DNA of 64,000 nt from a virus (Duplodnaviria; Heunggongvirae; Uroviricota; Caudoviricetes), in the IMG/VR virus record IMGVR_UViG_3300042400_000593; one strand, given 5' to 3'. Shown here one piece after another: positions 27,002-35,427 of this stretch (position 1 is its first letter; every line of letters begins with the position of its first letter). The notes under the pieces were generated by a model. That model saw only the letters and a list, made by a program, of their open reading frames with translations, was not told where the DNA came from and did not search any database. The position numbers and the translations under genes were made by a program.

Positions 27002-27402
27002 CGTGGTTTACCTCCTATTGTTTGGGCAATTGTAGTTGCCGCTTTTGTTAAAATATCCATTTTTTGTTTACAATAAGCTTCACTTATTTTTTCTGTTTTA
27101 TGATATCGTACATGTAATGGTTCAGTTAAATCCATTAATGATTCTGATAATTTTATAGTAGCTTTGTTTTCTGGTATAAATTCAGCATAGTTTTTAAATT
27201 CAATACTTTTTAAATATATACGATCTACAATAGGAACCATCTGTTGTTGGTTGCTACAAAACTCCGAGCCTATTTGAGAAAGGCTACGAACGTCATTAAT
27301 CAATTGATATTCGTTTTGATCAAATTTTGCCATAAAATACGCATCCATTGCTGCACAACCAGATAGCATACTAAGTATAATAATTGCTAATACTTTTTTC
27401 AT
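26998..27402 (-). CDS. lipoprotein (134 aa)
   Basis: Signal peptide plus lipobox LSGC (MKKVLAIIILSMLSGCAAMD). Confidence 0.55.
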   Translation of the reverse strand: MKKVLAIIILSMLSGCAAMDAYFMAKFDQNEYQLINDVRSLSQIGSEFCSNQQQMVPIVDRIYLKSIEFKNYAEFIPENKATIKLSESLMDLTEPLHVRYHKTEKISEAYCKQKMDILTKAATTIAQTIGGKPR

Positions 27403-27698
27403 TTTACGTCCTCATATATTTTCTTTTGTTGCTTGTACCAATCTTGCCATGCAAGATATCGTTCTCGTAGTTCATAGTAAGAACCGTAATTCTCACTAGC
27501 ATTTTCTAATATATCGCTTAGTTCTGGTTTAGTTTGAGATAATGTCTTTAACGTTGGCGCCGGCTCCATCAAGGATGGAGGTACCTGCGGGAAGCTCATT
27601 GTTAACGGCACTGTTGTAGAGCACCCTTGCAACATCAGGAACAGTACACTCGGCGTTAATAATCTCTTTGTGTTCTTGGATAATCTTTTTAGTCGCAT
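27399..27698 (-). CDS. o-spanin (outer-membrane lipoprotein spanin subunit), overlapped arrangement
   Basis: Lipobox LMLQGCS; Pro-rich mature part; its start lies inside the 3' end of the i-spanin gene in another frame, and it extends 130 nt beyond. Confidence 0.6.
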   Translation of the reverse strand: MRLKRLSKNTKRLLTPSVLFLMLQGCSTTVPLTMSFPQVPPSLMEPAPTLKTLSQTKPELSDILENASENYGSYYELRERYLAWQDWYKQQKKIYEDVK

Positions 27699-28029
27699 AT
27701 ACTTTTTCCTTGATAACTTTTACTTTTTCTACTACACGAGTTTCTATTTGAACATTAACTTCGTGTGACTGAGCTTCTGCTTCTGCTATTTTTTGTTCAA
27801 GTTCTGCTACACGGTTACGCCATTCCATTTCAACACCATATCCGCCTTTAAAATATACACCAGCAACTAACAAAATTGTTGATATTATATTTAACAATAA
27901 TTTGTAATGATCTAAGAATGGAATAAACTTAATAAAAAATCCTGCTACGGTACCGATAGCACCGAGTAGCAGGATTGTATTAACCGCCCAAAGTAAATAT
28001 GAATCAGGGAGGAAATGTAAGATAAACAT
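27529..28029 (-). CDS. i-spanin (inner-membrane spanin subunit)
   Basis: N-terminal hydrophobic segments followed by a coiled-coil periplasmic region (RNRVAELEQKIAEAEAQSHEVNVQIETRVVEKVKVIKEKV); overlaps the o-spanin; directly downstream of the endolysin. Confidence 0.55.
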   Translation of the reverse strand: MFILHFLPDSYLLWAVNTILLLGAIGTVAGFFIKFIPFLDHYKLLLNIISTILLVAGVYFKGGYGVEMEWRNRVAELEQKIAEAEAQSHEVNVQIETRVVEKVKVIKEKVYATKKIIQEHKEIINAECTVPDVARVLYNSAVNNELPAGTSILDGAGANVKDIISN

Positions 28030-28676
28030 TATGCACTCAATACTTTGATTGCATTAGCATAGTGATGTTTACGGTCTTCAATTCCAATAGTTCCGCCATT
28101 AATTCTTTTTGTAAGTGTAATGATGTCACCTTTATCTGCCCATTGGTTTAAGTTATTAGTTTCCCAAAACCAGCAAGCACTTTGTACAGCACCTTCAAAT
28201 GTTTCTAAGTATTCAATAGCTTCGTCAATTTCCATTTCTAAACTTTCAGCAAAGCGTGTGTAGTTGTCTTTACCTGTTAATTGGATAAGACCACGTCCGC
28301 AGAATTTATAACCTTCGCCTGTAGATTCGTCTCCATTGCCCATACGTCCGCCATACACTTTACTTGCAATTTTTTCCGGTTTACCTGCATATGATTCTGC
28401 TAATGCTGCAGTTGGAAAGTATTTAGGAAACACTTTTTGCAAAGTAGCTGCTTTGTAGTTTAAGTTTTCTTTCAATGCAGTGTAGTTACCGCTTTCGTGT
28501 GCAGTTTGAGCAAGGAATGCTGCAACACGTTCTGGTGTGTTAATATCGTATTCTGGTAAAATAGACGATAGTGCATCATACCATTCTGAAATATATGAGT
28601 TACCTGGAATAATTTTTGCTAAGTGTGCTTCTGTAAATGTAAATGCCATTATTTTTTCTCCAATGCTACAGCCCAT
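28029..28676 (-). CDS. endolysin, glycoside hydrolase family 19 (chitinase-like lysozyme)
   Basis: ERVAAFLAQTAHESGNYTALKE and GRGLIQLTG are GH19 catalytic-region signatures; 215 aa. Confidence 0.75.
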   Translation of the reverse strand: MGCSIGEKIMAFTFTEAHLAKIIPGNSYISEWYDALSSILPEYDINTPERVAAFLAQTAHESGNYTALKENLNYKAATLQKVFPKYFPTAALAESYAGKPEKIASKVYGGRMGNGDESTGEGYKFCGRGLIQLTGKDNYTRFAESLEMEIDEAIEYLETFEGAVQSACWFWETNNLNQWADKGDIITLTKRINGGTIGIEDRKHHYANAIKVLSA

Positions 28677-29380
28677 CCGCTGTTTTCAAATATAAATGTA
28701 TTACCAACTTTGGTAATATTGTAATTGCCAATGCGTTTTGTAAAGTACATTACTTCTGCAATTGCACTTCCTTCTAACATGATTGGACCTTGTATATAAC
28801 TATATACCTCTGGCTTAGGTCCGCTAGTGATAATATCAAATTTTAACGAATCACTCCACTGATTTTTAAATGTAATCGATTCATCAAGTACACTAACTTC
28901 TGAAAAACTTTCTTTAAAAAAGTTACTGAAATTATCTAGACCTTGTTTTTTAGTTGCTTCCTCATAATCTTCTTGATTGCAAGGAATATGTTTAGTTAAA
29001 TTTTTTAAATTTGCATCGTAACTTTTAAAATTTTTAAAATAACGGAATTTCATATCAGGAATTCCTGTAAGTTTTTCAATTCCGTTTAGTAATTCTAAAA
29101 TAGTCTCAGGTGCGTGTCGTGTACGTTCAATTTCGATGAATACTTTGTAATTGCCATCGTCTGTTTCTCCCGGACTAACGTCTGCATCTAGTACAGAGTC
29201 ATACCCCATTTCAACAAAGTTTTCTAAATCTTTTGCAGGATCTTCGTGATCAACAGTAAATGACAATACGATAACATCTTCGTCATCACCAATTTTACTT
29301 TTATATGCATCGATTTCAAATATACGATTCACTAAATGTTTAAGATCGGTTGCGTGTAAACTTTCGTTAATCATATTCAT
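28649..29380 (-). CDS. hypothetical protein (243 aa)
   Basis: ORF track. Confidence 0.45.
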   Translation of the reverse strand: MNMINESLHATDLKHLVNRIFEIDAYKSKIGDDEDVIVLSFTVDHEDPAKDLENFVEMGYDSVLDADVSPGETDDGNYKVFIEIERTRHAPETILELLNGIEKLTGIPDMKFRYFKNFKSYDANLKNLTKHIPCNQEDYEEATKKQGLDNFSNFFKESFSEVSVLDESITFKNQWSDSLKFDIITSGPKPEVYSYIQGPIMLEGSAIAEVMYFTKRIGNYNITKVGNTFIFENSGWAVALEKK

Positions 29381-29382
29381 CC

Positions 29383-29979
29383 TTACATTGGTGCTGCAGC
29401 AGGTGCACCTGCTGGCATTCCGCCGCCCATCGGTGGAGCCATTCCGCCTGCCGGAGCAGGAGCTGCTGGAGCCATTCCAGGTGATGCGCCAGGTGCTGCC
29501 GGAGTTGGAGTTCCTTGTTGTGGAGCTTTATCCGGTGTAATGTTTTCATTTTTTAATTTATCCATATAACCTTTATACATATCAAAGGCTGTCTTTTTTG
29601 GCATTTGGATTTCTACAATCCAAATAGGATGGCGATCTAGTTTACCTTTCTTAGTACCTGGACGGATGTCTTCTGGTGTTTTAATTTGACGCGGCTCAAC
29701 AAGATGAGATTTTTGATATTTAACTTTGCATCCTAAATCAATTAATCGTTTACCGCCGTTCGGATCTGGCATTTTATCTTGAGGCCACATAAACCCAACA
29801 GTGATCCAATGACGATCAACTTTTGGTCCATAGGCTAATTCGCCATCTTCCCAATTTTTATAAACATACAAATCTAATTCATCAAGAACTCTTTCAAAAT
29901 CTTTTAGTACTGCTAGACTTGAATTGTTTTCGTATAAAGTTTGTATGTTTTTAATAATATCTAATACATCTGTAGCCAT
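29383..29979 (-). CDS. hypothetical protein with Pro/Ala/Gly/Met-rich C-terminus (198 aa); late-promoter driven
   Basis: ORF track; GATAAATA box 26 nt upstream (complement of 30005-30012). Confidence 0.5.
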   Translation of the reverse strand: MATDVLDIIKNIQTLYENNSSLAVLKDFERVLDELDLYVYKNWEDGELAYGPKVDRHWITVGFMWPQDKMPDPNGGKRLIDLGCKVKYQKSHLVEPRQIKTPEDIRPGTKKGKLDRHPIWIVEIQMPKKTAFDMYKGYMDKLKNENITPDKAPQQGTPTPAAPGASPGMAPAAPAPAGGMAPPMGGGMPAGAPAAAPM

Positions 29980-30004
29980 AATAATATCCTAAAACTTTTA
30001 CACT

Positions 30005-30012
30005 TATTTATC
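30005..30012 (-). promoter_or_regulatory. late promoter-like box GATAAATA upstream of the 198-aa gene
   Basis: Minus strand ccagGATAAATAagtgtaaaagttttaggatattattATG(29979). Confidence 0.4.
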
Positions 30013-30127
30013 CTGGTTTAAAATCAACCTGTATTTCTTTGTATTTGATTATCTTTCGTTAAATAAATGTGTAGTATCCATGTCGCTGTGGTTACTACCA
30101 TTCTAACAAAAACTAGGAGTTACCTAT

Positions 30128-30859
30128 ATGGGCCACAAACGAGTACAAAAACGTTTTACATCACATGTTAATATAGTAGAATTTCAACAACTAAAACTTA
30201 TTAAACCTAAACGCTACAGTGTATCATTAAATCCACGTAATCAAAGTCAAAAAGAATACGTTGCAATGTTGCAAGACGAGACTAATAGTATTGTATTTGC
30301 AATAGGACCAGCAGGTACTGGTAAAACAATGTTAGCTGTACAACAAGGTATTAAGTTGTTTCAAGAGGGAGTTATAGATAAAATTATAGTAACTAGACCG
30401 GCAGTATCGGTAGATGAGGAATTAGGCTTCTTACCAGGCACATTAAATGAAAAAATGGCGCCATGGACAAGACCTATTTTTGACGTATTCGGAGAGTATT
30501 ACCATCAGACAGACATTGCAAAATTTTTGGCTGAAGGTGAGATTGAAATTAGTCCACTAAGCTATATGAGAGGTAGGACATTTAAGAATGCTTATATCAT
30601 TTTTGACGAAGCGCAGAATACTACGCCAAATCAAATGAAAATGGCTCTTACCCGCTTAGGAGAAAATTCACGTATGATTGTAACAGGAGATTTAGCGCAA
30701 GCTGATCGCTTGCATGACAATGGATTATTGGAATTTATTGATAGATTAGATAAAAATAAGACAGCGTTAAGCCATATTGATGTTGCGTATTTTACGCATA
30801 AAGATATTGAAAGACATAGTGCAGTGAAGGAGGTTTTAGCACTCTACGGGGAAAGTTAG
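30128..30859 (+). CDS. phoH: PhoH-family ATPase
   Basis: Walker A GPAGTGKTMLAV, Walker B IFDEAQN; RBS TAGGAG; 243 aa. Confidence 0.85.
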   Translation: MGHKRVQKRFTSHVNIVEFQQLKLIKPKRYSVSLNPRNQSQKEYVAMLQDETNSIVFAIGPAGTGKTMLAVQQGIKLFQEGVIDKIIVTRPAVSVDEELGFLPGTLNEKMAPWTRPIFDVFGEYYHQTDIAKFLAEGEIEISPLSYMRGRTFKNAYIIFDEAQNTTPNQMKMALTRLGENSRMIVTGDLAQADRLHDNGLLEFIDRLDKNKTALSHIDVAYFTHKDIERHSAVKEVLALYGES

Positions 30860-30877
30860 AAGTTTTAAAATAGAACT

Positions 30878-30906
30878 AGCAGCTGACTAGTCAGCTGCTA
30901 TTTTTA
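30878..30906. terminator. bidirectional terminator hairpin between the convergent phoH and dCMP-deaminase genes
   Basis: tAGCAGCTGAC ta GTCAGCTGCTatttttat: 10-bp perfect stem, 2-nt loop, T-run; overlaps the deaminase stop. Confidence 0.55.
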
Positions 30907-31410
30907 TAGTTTTTCAACAGTTATACCACATTTTTCTAAAAATTCAAGTCCGGCAGTACTACGATAAGTTTCTTTGTAGAACACTTTAGTAATTCCGGTC
31001 TGATATATTCCTTTAGCGCACTCTATACATGGAGCATGCGTAATAAACATAAAAGCACCTTTACCAGATTCAGATGAACTTGCTAATTTCATTAGCGCAT
31101 TCATTTCTGCGTGTATCACTTCTGATTTTGTTTTTAGTGCATATCGCTGGTTATCATCTCTAACATACGGAAAATTTATTGCGAACTCTTCTGGGTCACA
31201 ATCATAATCGCCATGATTTTCATCCGGGTAAATGACACGCTCACAACAGTTGTCCCATCCGGTGGGAGTACCGTTGTAGCCAAGACTAATAATACGATCA
31301 TCTTTAACTACAACCGCGCCAACTTTAAGCTTAATTGCGGAACTAAGTTCCGCAAATGTATAAGCTGTTTTCATAAAAGCATTTTTAAACTTTTGTTTCA
31401 TGATCATCAA
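30904..31410 (-). CDS. dCMP deaminase (CDA-fold zinc deaminase)
   Basis: HAEMNAL (HAExNA) and PCIECAK (PCxxCA) zinc-binding motifs; GYNGTP; 168 aa. Confidence 0.8.
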   Translation of the reverse strand: MMIMKQKFKNAFMKTAYTFAELSSAIKLKVGAVVVKDDRIISLGYNGTPTGWDNCCERVIYPDENHGDYDCDPEEFAINFPYVRDDNQRYALKTKSEVIHAEMNALMKLASSSESGKGAFMFITHAPCIECAKGIYQTGITKVFYKETYRSTAGLEFLEKCGITVEKL

Positions 31411-31567
31411 CAGATTGCTTTTCTGTTAGTTCTTTAGGTGCTGGCGAATTCATAAATGGACATTTTGAAATGTCTCCTGTATGATAATTGTCATCACTTT
31501 TAAAAATTTTAGTAATAGTTGTCCAAACATAATTAAACATAGTAATTCTCCTCGTTAAATATTTTCA

Positions 31568-32419
31568 TTACTTAATCCCAATCATCGGCACTGAACTATT
31601 TGGTAACATAGTAACAGGTAATACTCCATTCCATTTTTCAATAGCATTTAGTTCTGCTACACCTGGATTGTTACGAACAGCTTCGCCTTTTAACCGAATT
31701 GCTTTAGCTTCGGCTTCTGCTACTAACAATCTTGCATTAGCTTCGCCTTCTGCAACTGCAATAGCTTTCTGTGCTTCAGCTTTAGCAGTTTCAATTTCAT
31801 TTTGACGTGTGATTGCAATTTGTGATGCAGAAATCTTAGCATCGATTGCGTTAGTTACAGTTTCTGGCAATCTAATATTGCCAACCCATGACAAGTGATC
31901 TAAATGAATGCCGTATGGTTCAATTTCAGCACGCACTCTAACTTCGGCAGCTTTAATTAACTCTGCTTTACCTTCGCCGTATACTGATTCGATTGGTTTA
32001 GTAGACGATTCTGTATTAATCGCATCTCGCACTAAGTTACGCAAGTACACATCGGTAATTTCGGTGATACCTTTACGATACTTTTGGAACAATACTGGAA
32101 TCTTATCTGGTTGTAACGTATAGGTAATACCAATGTCAGCGTTTACAGATAAACCTTCTTTAGTTTGGAACGTAATAGACTCATCTTCAGCATTACCTTC
32201 AGTGTGGGATTTAGACCATGTGTAGTTTTGCATAAAAGTCGGAAACGTGTATAATCGTTCATTAACACCGATCCAGTAACGTCCTGGTGATAAAATTTCT
32301 GAATCAACCCCTTTGTCACCACCGAGTAAGTGTACCTTAATACCAACTTCACCTACGTTAACATTTGAGCAGCCAGAAAGCACAGTAGCCATTGCAGCAA
32401 CTAATAGTAATTTATTCAT
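31568..32419 (-). CDS. SPFH/band-7 (HflK/C-, prohibitin-like) domain lipoprotein
   Basis: Lipobox LSGCS; SPFH-like core; C-terminal Ala/Glu-rich coiled coil (IAITRQNEIETAKAEAQKAIAVAEGEANARLLVAEAEAKAIRLKGEA); 283 aa. Confidence 0.6.
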   Translation of the reverse strand: MNKLLLVAAMATVLSGCSNVNVGEVGIKVHLLGGDKGVDSEILSPGRYWIGVNERLYTFPTFMQNYTWSKSHTEGNAEDESITFQTKEGLSVNADIGITYTLQPDKIPVLFQKYRKGITEITDVYLRNLVRDAINTESSTKPIESVYGEGKAELIKAAEVRVRAEIEPYGIHLDHLSWVGNIRLPETVTNAIDAKISASQIAITRQNEIETAKAEAQKAIAVAEGEANARLLVAEAEAKAIRLKGEAVRNNPGVAELNAIEKWNGVLPVTMLPNSSVPMIGIK

Positions 32420-32628
32420 TATTTTACATCCTTAAAAAGTTCGTCAACGGGTTTAACTGCATCTTTCCATAATTTGTAAATTACAACTGGATCGATGATT
32501 AGTAAAATAAACCAACCTAAACTAAATTCCCACCATTGGTTTGATGACATATAGTATGGTAGTACAAAAATAAACTGTAGTAGAAAAAATAATAATACAG
32601 CTAACACCTTAAAATAAATTAACAACAT
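32419..32628 (-). CDS. small two-TM membrane protein (69 aa), start-stop overlapped partner of the SPFH gene
   Basis: Hydrophobic LAVLLFFLLQFIFVL and GWFILLIIDPVVIY segments; sigma70-like promoter immediately upstream. Confidence 0.5.
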   Translation of the reverse strand: MLLIYFKVLAVLLFFLLQFIFVLPYYMSSNQWWEFSLGWFILLIIDPVVIYKLWKDAVKPVDELFKDVK

Positions 32629-32659
32629 AGTTGCTCCTTAGTAATTAAATAAAGTTATA

Positions 32660-32687
32660 TTATACACTATTATATAATAAGTGCAAG
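32660..32687 (-). promoter_or_regulatory. sigma70-like promoter (TTGCAC-N16-TATAAT) for the small-membrane/SPFH operon; near-identical copy of the clpA promoter/5'UTR
   Basis: Minus strand cTTGCACttattatataatagtgTATAATataactttatttaattactAAGGAGcaacATG; about 45 nt are almost identical to 25053-25100. Confidence 0.55.
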
Positions 32688-32694
32688 TTCTAAT

Positions 32695-32952
32695 TTAATC
32701 AAAGGTAAACAGTGTATCTGCTATTATAGTAGCAGTATATCGATCTTCAATTACTGAATCAATTACAGTGCTATCCCAATAAATTAAAAATAAGTTTGCA
32801 TCGTTTATACTGTGATAAAATTCTACAGTGGTGTCATCGATCTGATCCCATCGATCGTAATCCGAACCGAATTCATCTATACACCACTCTATCACATCCG
32901 ACATATTGTGTTGTGCATTTACCTTAATTGCACATTTCACAAGAAACTTCAT
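32695..32952 (-). CDS. hypothetical acidic protein (85 aa)
   Basis: ORF track; its start abuts the clamp-loader stop. Confidence 0.4.
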   Translation of the reverse strand: MKFLVKCAIKVNAQHNMSDVIEWCIDEFGSDYDRWDQIDDTTVEFYHSINDANLFLIYWDSTVIDSVIEDRYTATIIADTLFTFD

Positions 32953-33872
32953 TACAAGTTACCTAATCGTATTAACGTAGCTGATAAGTTGATCTCTGCA
33001 TCGCAAATCAATGCGTGATCAACTAAACCTTGTTTAATAATAAGAATAGCTTTTCTTTGTGTATCATCATCTCCAAACAGTTCGATATTATCATACAACC
33101 ATCTGTAAATTTCTTCCATCTCTTCCGGACGTGCTTGCGAGCATAGTAATTTACGAGCAGCTTCAATTTTACCTGCTTTAAACAATTCAACCATTTCAAT
33201 TTTATAATCGGCTAAACCTGAATCACTTGCATTCGCTGATTTTAAAACACCTGAAATACTATTCATTTGTACAGTATTAATACATTTTCTTAAGTCTGGA
33301 TATGTTGCTTTAACGTAAGTGTCAAGTGTATCTAAATCAAATTCAATATTTTCATCCATTAAAATTGTAGCAACTCTTGCTGTAAACTCGACCATATCAA
33401 CTTTTTCAATATGGAATCCTTGACATCTTGAATGGATAGCAGGGATAATTTTGTTTGGGTAGTTACACGTTAGTACAAATCTTGAAGTATCGGAATATTC
33501 TTCCATAATACCACGTAAGCTAGCTTGTGCAGGAGGTGTTAAGAAATCAGCTTCATCAAGCAACACTACCTTAAATTCACCAAATGGAATCATTTGAATA
33601 AAATTAGTAATACGATCTCGCATTGCGTCAATACCACGTTCTCTCGATGCGTTTATTTCTAAAATGTCTAAGTCGTCAATTTCTAACTCATTAAATAATA
33701 TTTTTGCAAGTGTTGTTTTACCTACACCTGCGCCGCCACTGAATAATAAATGAGGAATGCTTTTTTGTTCAAGCCAACTGCGTATTTGTTGTTGTTGTTT
33801 TTCATCTTTAAAAACATACCCGTCAATAGTTGACGGACGATAAGATTCGACCCATAATGATTTTGTTGCCAT
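32952..33872 (-). CDS. clamp loader large subunit (gp44 / RFC-like AAA+ ATPase)
   Basis: LWVESYRP box, Walker A SGGAGVGKTTLAKIL, LLDEAD Walker B; 306 aa. Confidence 0.8.
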   Translation of the reverse strand: MATKSLWVESYRPSTIDGYVFKDEKQQQQIRSWLEQKSIPHLLFSGGAGVGKTTLAKILFNELEIDDLDILEINASRERGIDAMRDRITNFIQMIPFGEFKVVLLDEADFLTPPAQASLRGIMEEYSDTSRFVLTCNYPNKIIPAIHSRCQGFHIEKVDMVEFTARVATILMDENIEFDLDTLDTYVKATYPDLRKCINTVQMNSISGVLKSANASDSGLADYKIEMVELFKAGKIEAARKLLCSQARPEEMEEIYRWLYDNIELFGDDDTQRKAILIIKQGLVDHALICDAEINLSATLIRLGNL

Positions 33873-33892
33873 ATTAATGCCTTTTGTTTAAG

Positions 33893-33921
33893 TTAAAAGT
33901 GTATTATAGAGTAAAAGACAC
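33893..33921 (-). promoter_or_regulatory. sigma70-consensus promoter for the clamp-loader gene (TTGACA-N17-TATAAT)
   Basis: Minus strand cagcaTTTGACAtgttgtgtcttttactcTATAATacac...ATG(33872). Confidence 0.5.
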
Positions 33922-33934
33922 AACATGTCAAATG
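33901..33934 (-). terminator. hairpin plus U-run terminator after the gp31-like gene, overlapping the clamp-loader promoter -35
   Basis: AAGACACA-acatgtcaaatgc-TGTGTCTT; minus strand reads gaagacacagcauuugacauguugugucuuuuac. Confidence 0.4.
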
Positions 33935-33950
33935 CTGTGTCTTCAAATGA

Positions 33951-34331
33951 TTAGTACATCGGTTGACTAAAGTCAAACTCTTGTACAGTTGATGCGTTTG
34001 ATGCGCCTAAATTAATGTCTGTAGGTCGATGATCTGATACTGCTAAAATTGACTTAGTTTCAACTCGTCTAACGGTGAATACAGTATTATTATCTTCTAC
34101 TTGAACACCACGTGTCCACCGTCCGTGTTCAACTAAGATCCAATCACCAATTTTTACATCGTGTTGATCAGGACCGATTTTATAAACTTTACCCCAACGA
34201 GGTTTAATTCCTTCAGTTTTTCCATTATCGCTACTAACAATAATACCGCTAGCGGTTACTTGTTCTTCAAAATTCATATCCGAAACAAGTACATTATCAT
34301 GAATAGTTTCTAATTGTTCTGTTATAATCAT
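33951..34331 (-). CDS. GroES-like co-chaperonin (T4 gp31-like)
   Basis: LETIHDNVLVS..EEQVTASGIIV..KPRWGKVYKIGPD..VKIGDWILV..ILAV follows the Cpn10 consensus (L.P..DRVLV..E..T.GGI.L...KP..G.V.AVG.G...VKVGD.V.F...IL.V); 126 aa. Confidence 0.6.
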   Translation of the reverse strand: MIITEQLETIHDNVLVSDMNFEEQVTASGIIVSSDNGKTEGIKPRWGKVYKIGPDQHDVKIGDWILVEHGRWTRGVQVEDNNTVFTVRRVETKSILAVSDHRPTDINLGASNASTVQEFDFSQPMY

Positions 34332-34654
34332 TGTTTACCTTTATAGTTGCTAGGCTTTTCTGATTCTTTTACAATCGGGTCGATTAGTGTATCGACTATC
34401 GGTGCTGGCTTTATTAATGCCGGTTGCACTCTTTGTTCAACAACTGGTTCAGTTACTATATGACGTTCAACTGGAATTCCAGTTGATGGAACATGTGGAA
34501 TGTCTGATTGTTTACGAATAATCTGTCCACCTGGACCTAATATATCGCCCCGTGCATTAATTTGCACATTACTAACTGCGACTGCAAGTTCATTTTGACT
34601 TACTAGTCTGCCCATATCAATTGTTTTACCTTTAGCTGATTTATATATTGCCAT
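34328..34654 (-). CDS. hypothetical protein (108 aa)
   Basis: ORF track. Confidence 0.4.
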   Translation of the reverse strand: MAIYKSAKGKTIDMGRLVSQNELAVAVSNVQINARGDILGPGGQIIRKQSDIPHVPSTGIPVERHIVTEPVVEQRVQPALIKPAPIVDTLIDPIVKESEKPSNYKGKQ

Positions 34655-34674
34655 GTTGTTCTCCTTTATTCTAC

Positions 34675-35184
34675 TTATCTTAAAAAGTCACGCCAATCTA
34701 AATTATATTTAATACTGTTAATCTTATGAACGTCTAACAAATATAAAACAAAACTAGAAACACTGGATCCTCGACCTACACCCCATATTATATTTTCTTG
34801 TAAACACGTATCTACAAAAAATTTAAGCCATTGTAGCACTCGAATCATTTTTCTTTTTTCAAATTCTAACAATTCGTCTTTTACTCTAGATTCTTCAAAA
34901 GGTGAATTACATTTTGAAATACAATAAGCGTATACATCAAAGGAATAGTATTCCGTTGGCATAAACCATAAATCTTGTGCGTTGCTATCAAACTCGTCAA
35001 TTGATAAATCATATAAAGATGGATCAATTTTAGCAAAATTTAATTCTGCAATGTTAGCAAGCTGTGAAAGTTCGTAGGTATCTTCAACTACGATATCTGA
35101 TAAAGCTGTTTGATGTCCTGAGTACAAGACATCAAATATGTCAGCTTCGTTAAAAATTGGGTTTGCAAATTTATCTAATTTCAT
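34675..35184 (-). CDS. hypothetical protein (169 aa)
   Basis: ORF track. Confidence 0.4.
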   Translation of the reverse strand: MKLDKFANPIFNEADIFDVLYSGHQTALSDIVVEDTYELSQLANIAELNFAKIDPSLYDLSIDEFDSNAQDLWFMPTEYYSFDVYAYCISKCNSPFEESRVKDELLEFEKRKMIRVLQWLKFFVDTCLQENIIWGVGRGSSVSSFVLYLLDVHKINSIKYNLDWRDFLR

Positions 35185-35193
35185 GCATGTATT

Positions 35194-35424
35194 TTAACTT
35201 ACATTTATTAGTTTGTCAAGTCCTTTATTCCTCGATTCCATAACTTTATTCCATTCTTCACGTTGTCTGTTACTTAATTCTTCTTTGTAAGCATCTAACA
35301 TGTTAGTAATTTGAGATTGCACTTCAAAATTTGAAGTCATAAAGTATTTTTTAGTTAAATCGTTTATTTTTGCTTCAATTTCAGCAGTTTTTAACTCTGA
35401 TAAATTATATATTAGTGGATGCAT
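35194..35424 (-). CDS. hypothetical coiled-coil protein (76 aa)
   Basis: ORF track. Confidence 0.35.
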   Translation of the reverse strand: MHPLIYNLSELKTAEIEAKINDLTKKYFMTSNFEVQSQITNMLDAYKEELSNRQREEWNKVMESRNKGLDKLINVS

Positions 35425-35427
35425 AAA

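Noticed and set aside
29367-29549. 60-aa ORF (LQLRQHLAHHLEWLQQLLL...) in an alternative frame of the Pro/Ala-rich 3' end of the 198-aa gene
   Set aside because: A low-complexity alternative-frame artefact of a GC-richer Pro/Ala/Gly-coding stretch.
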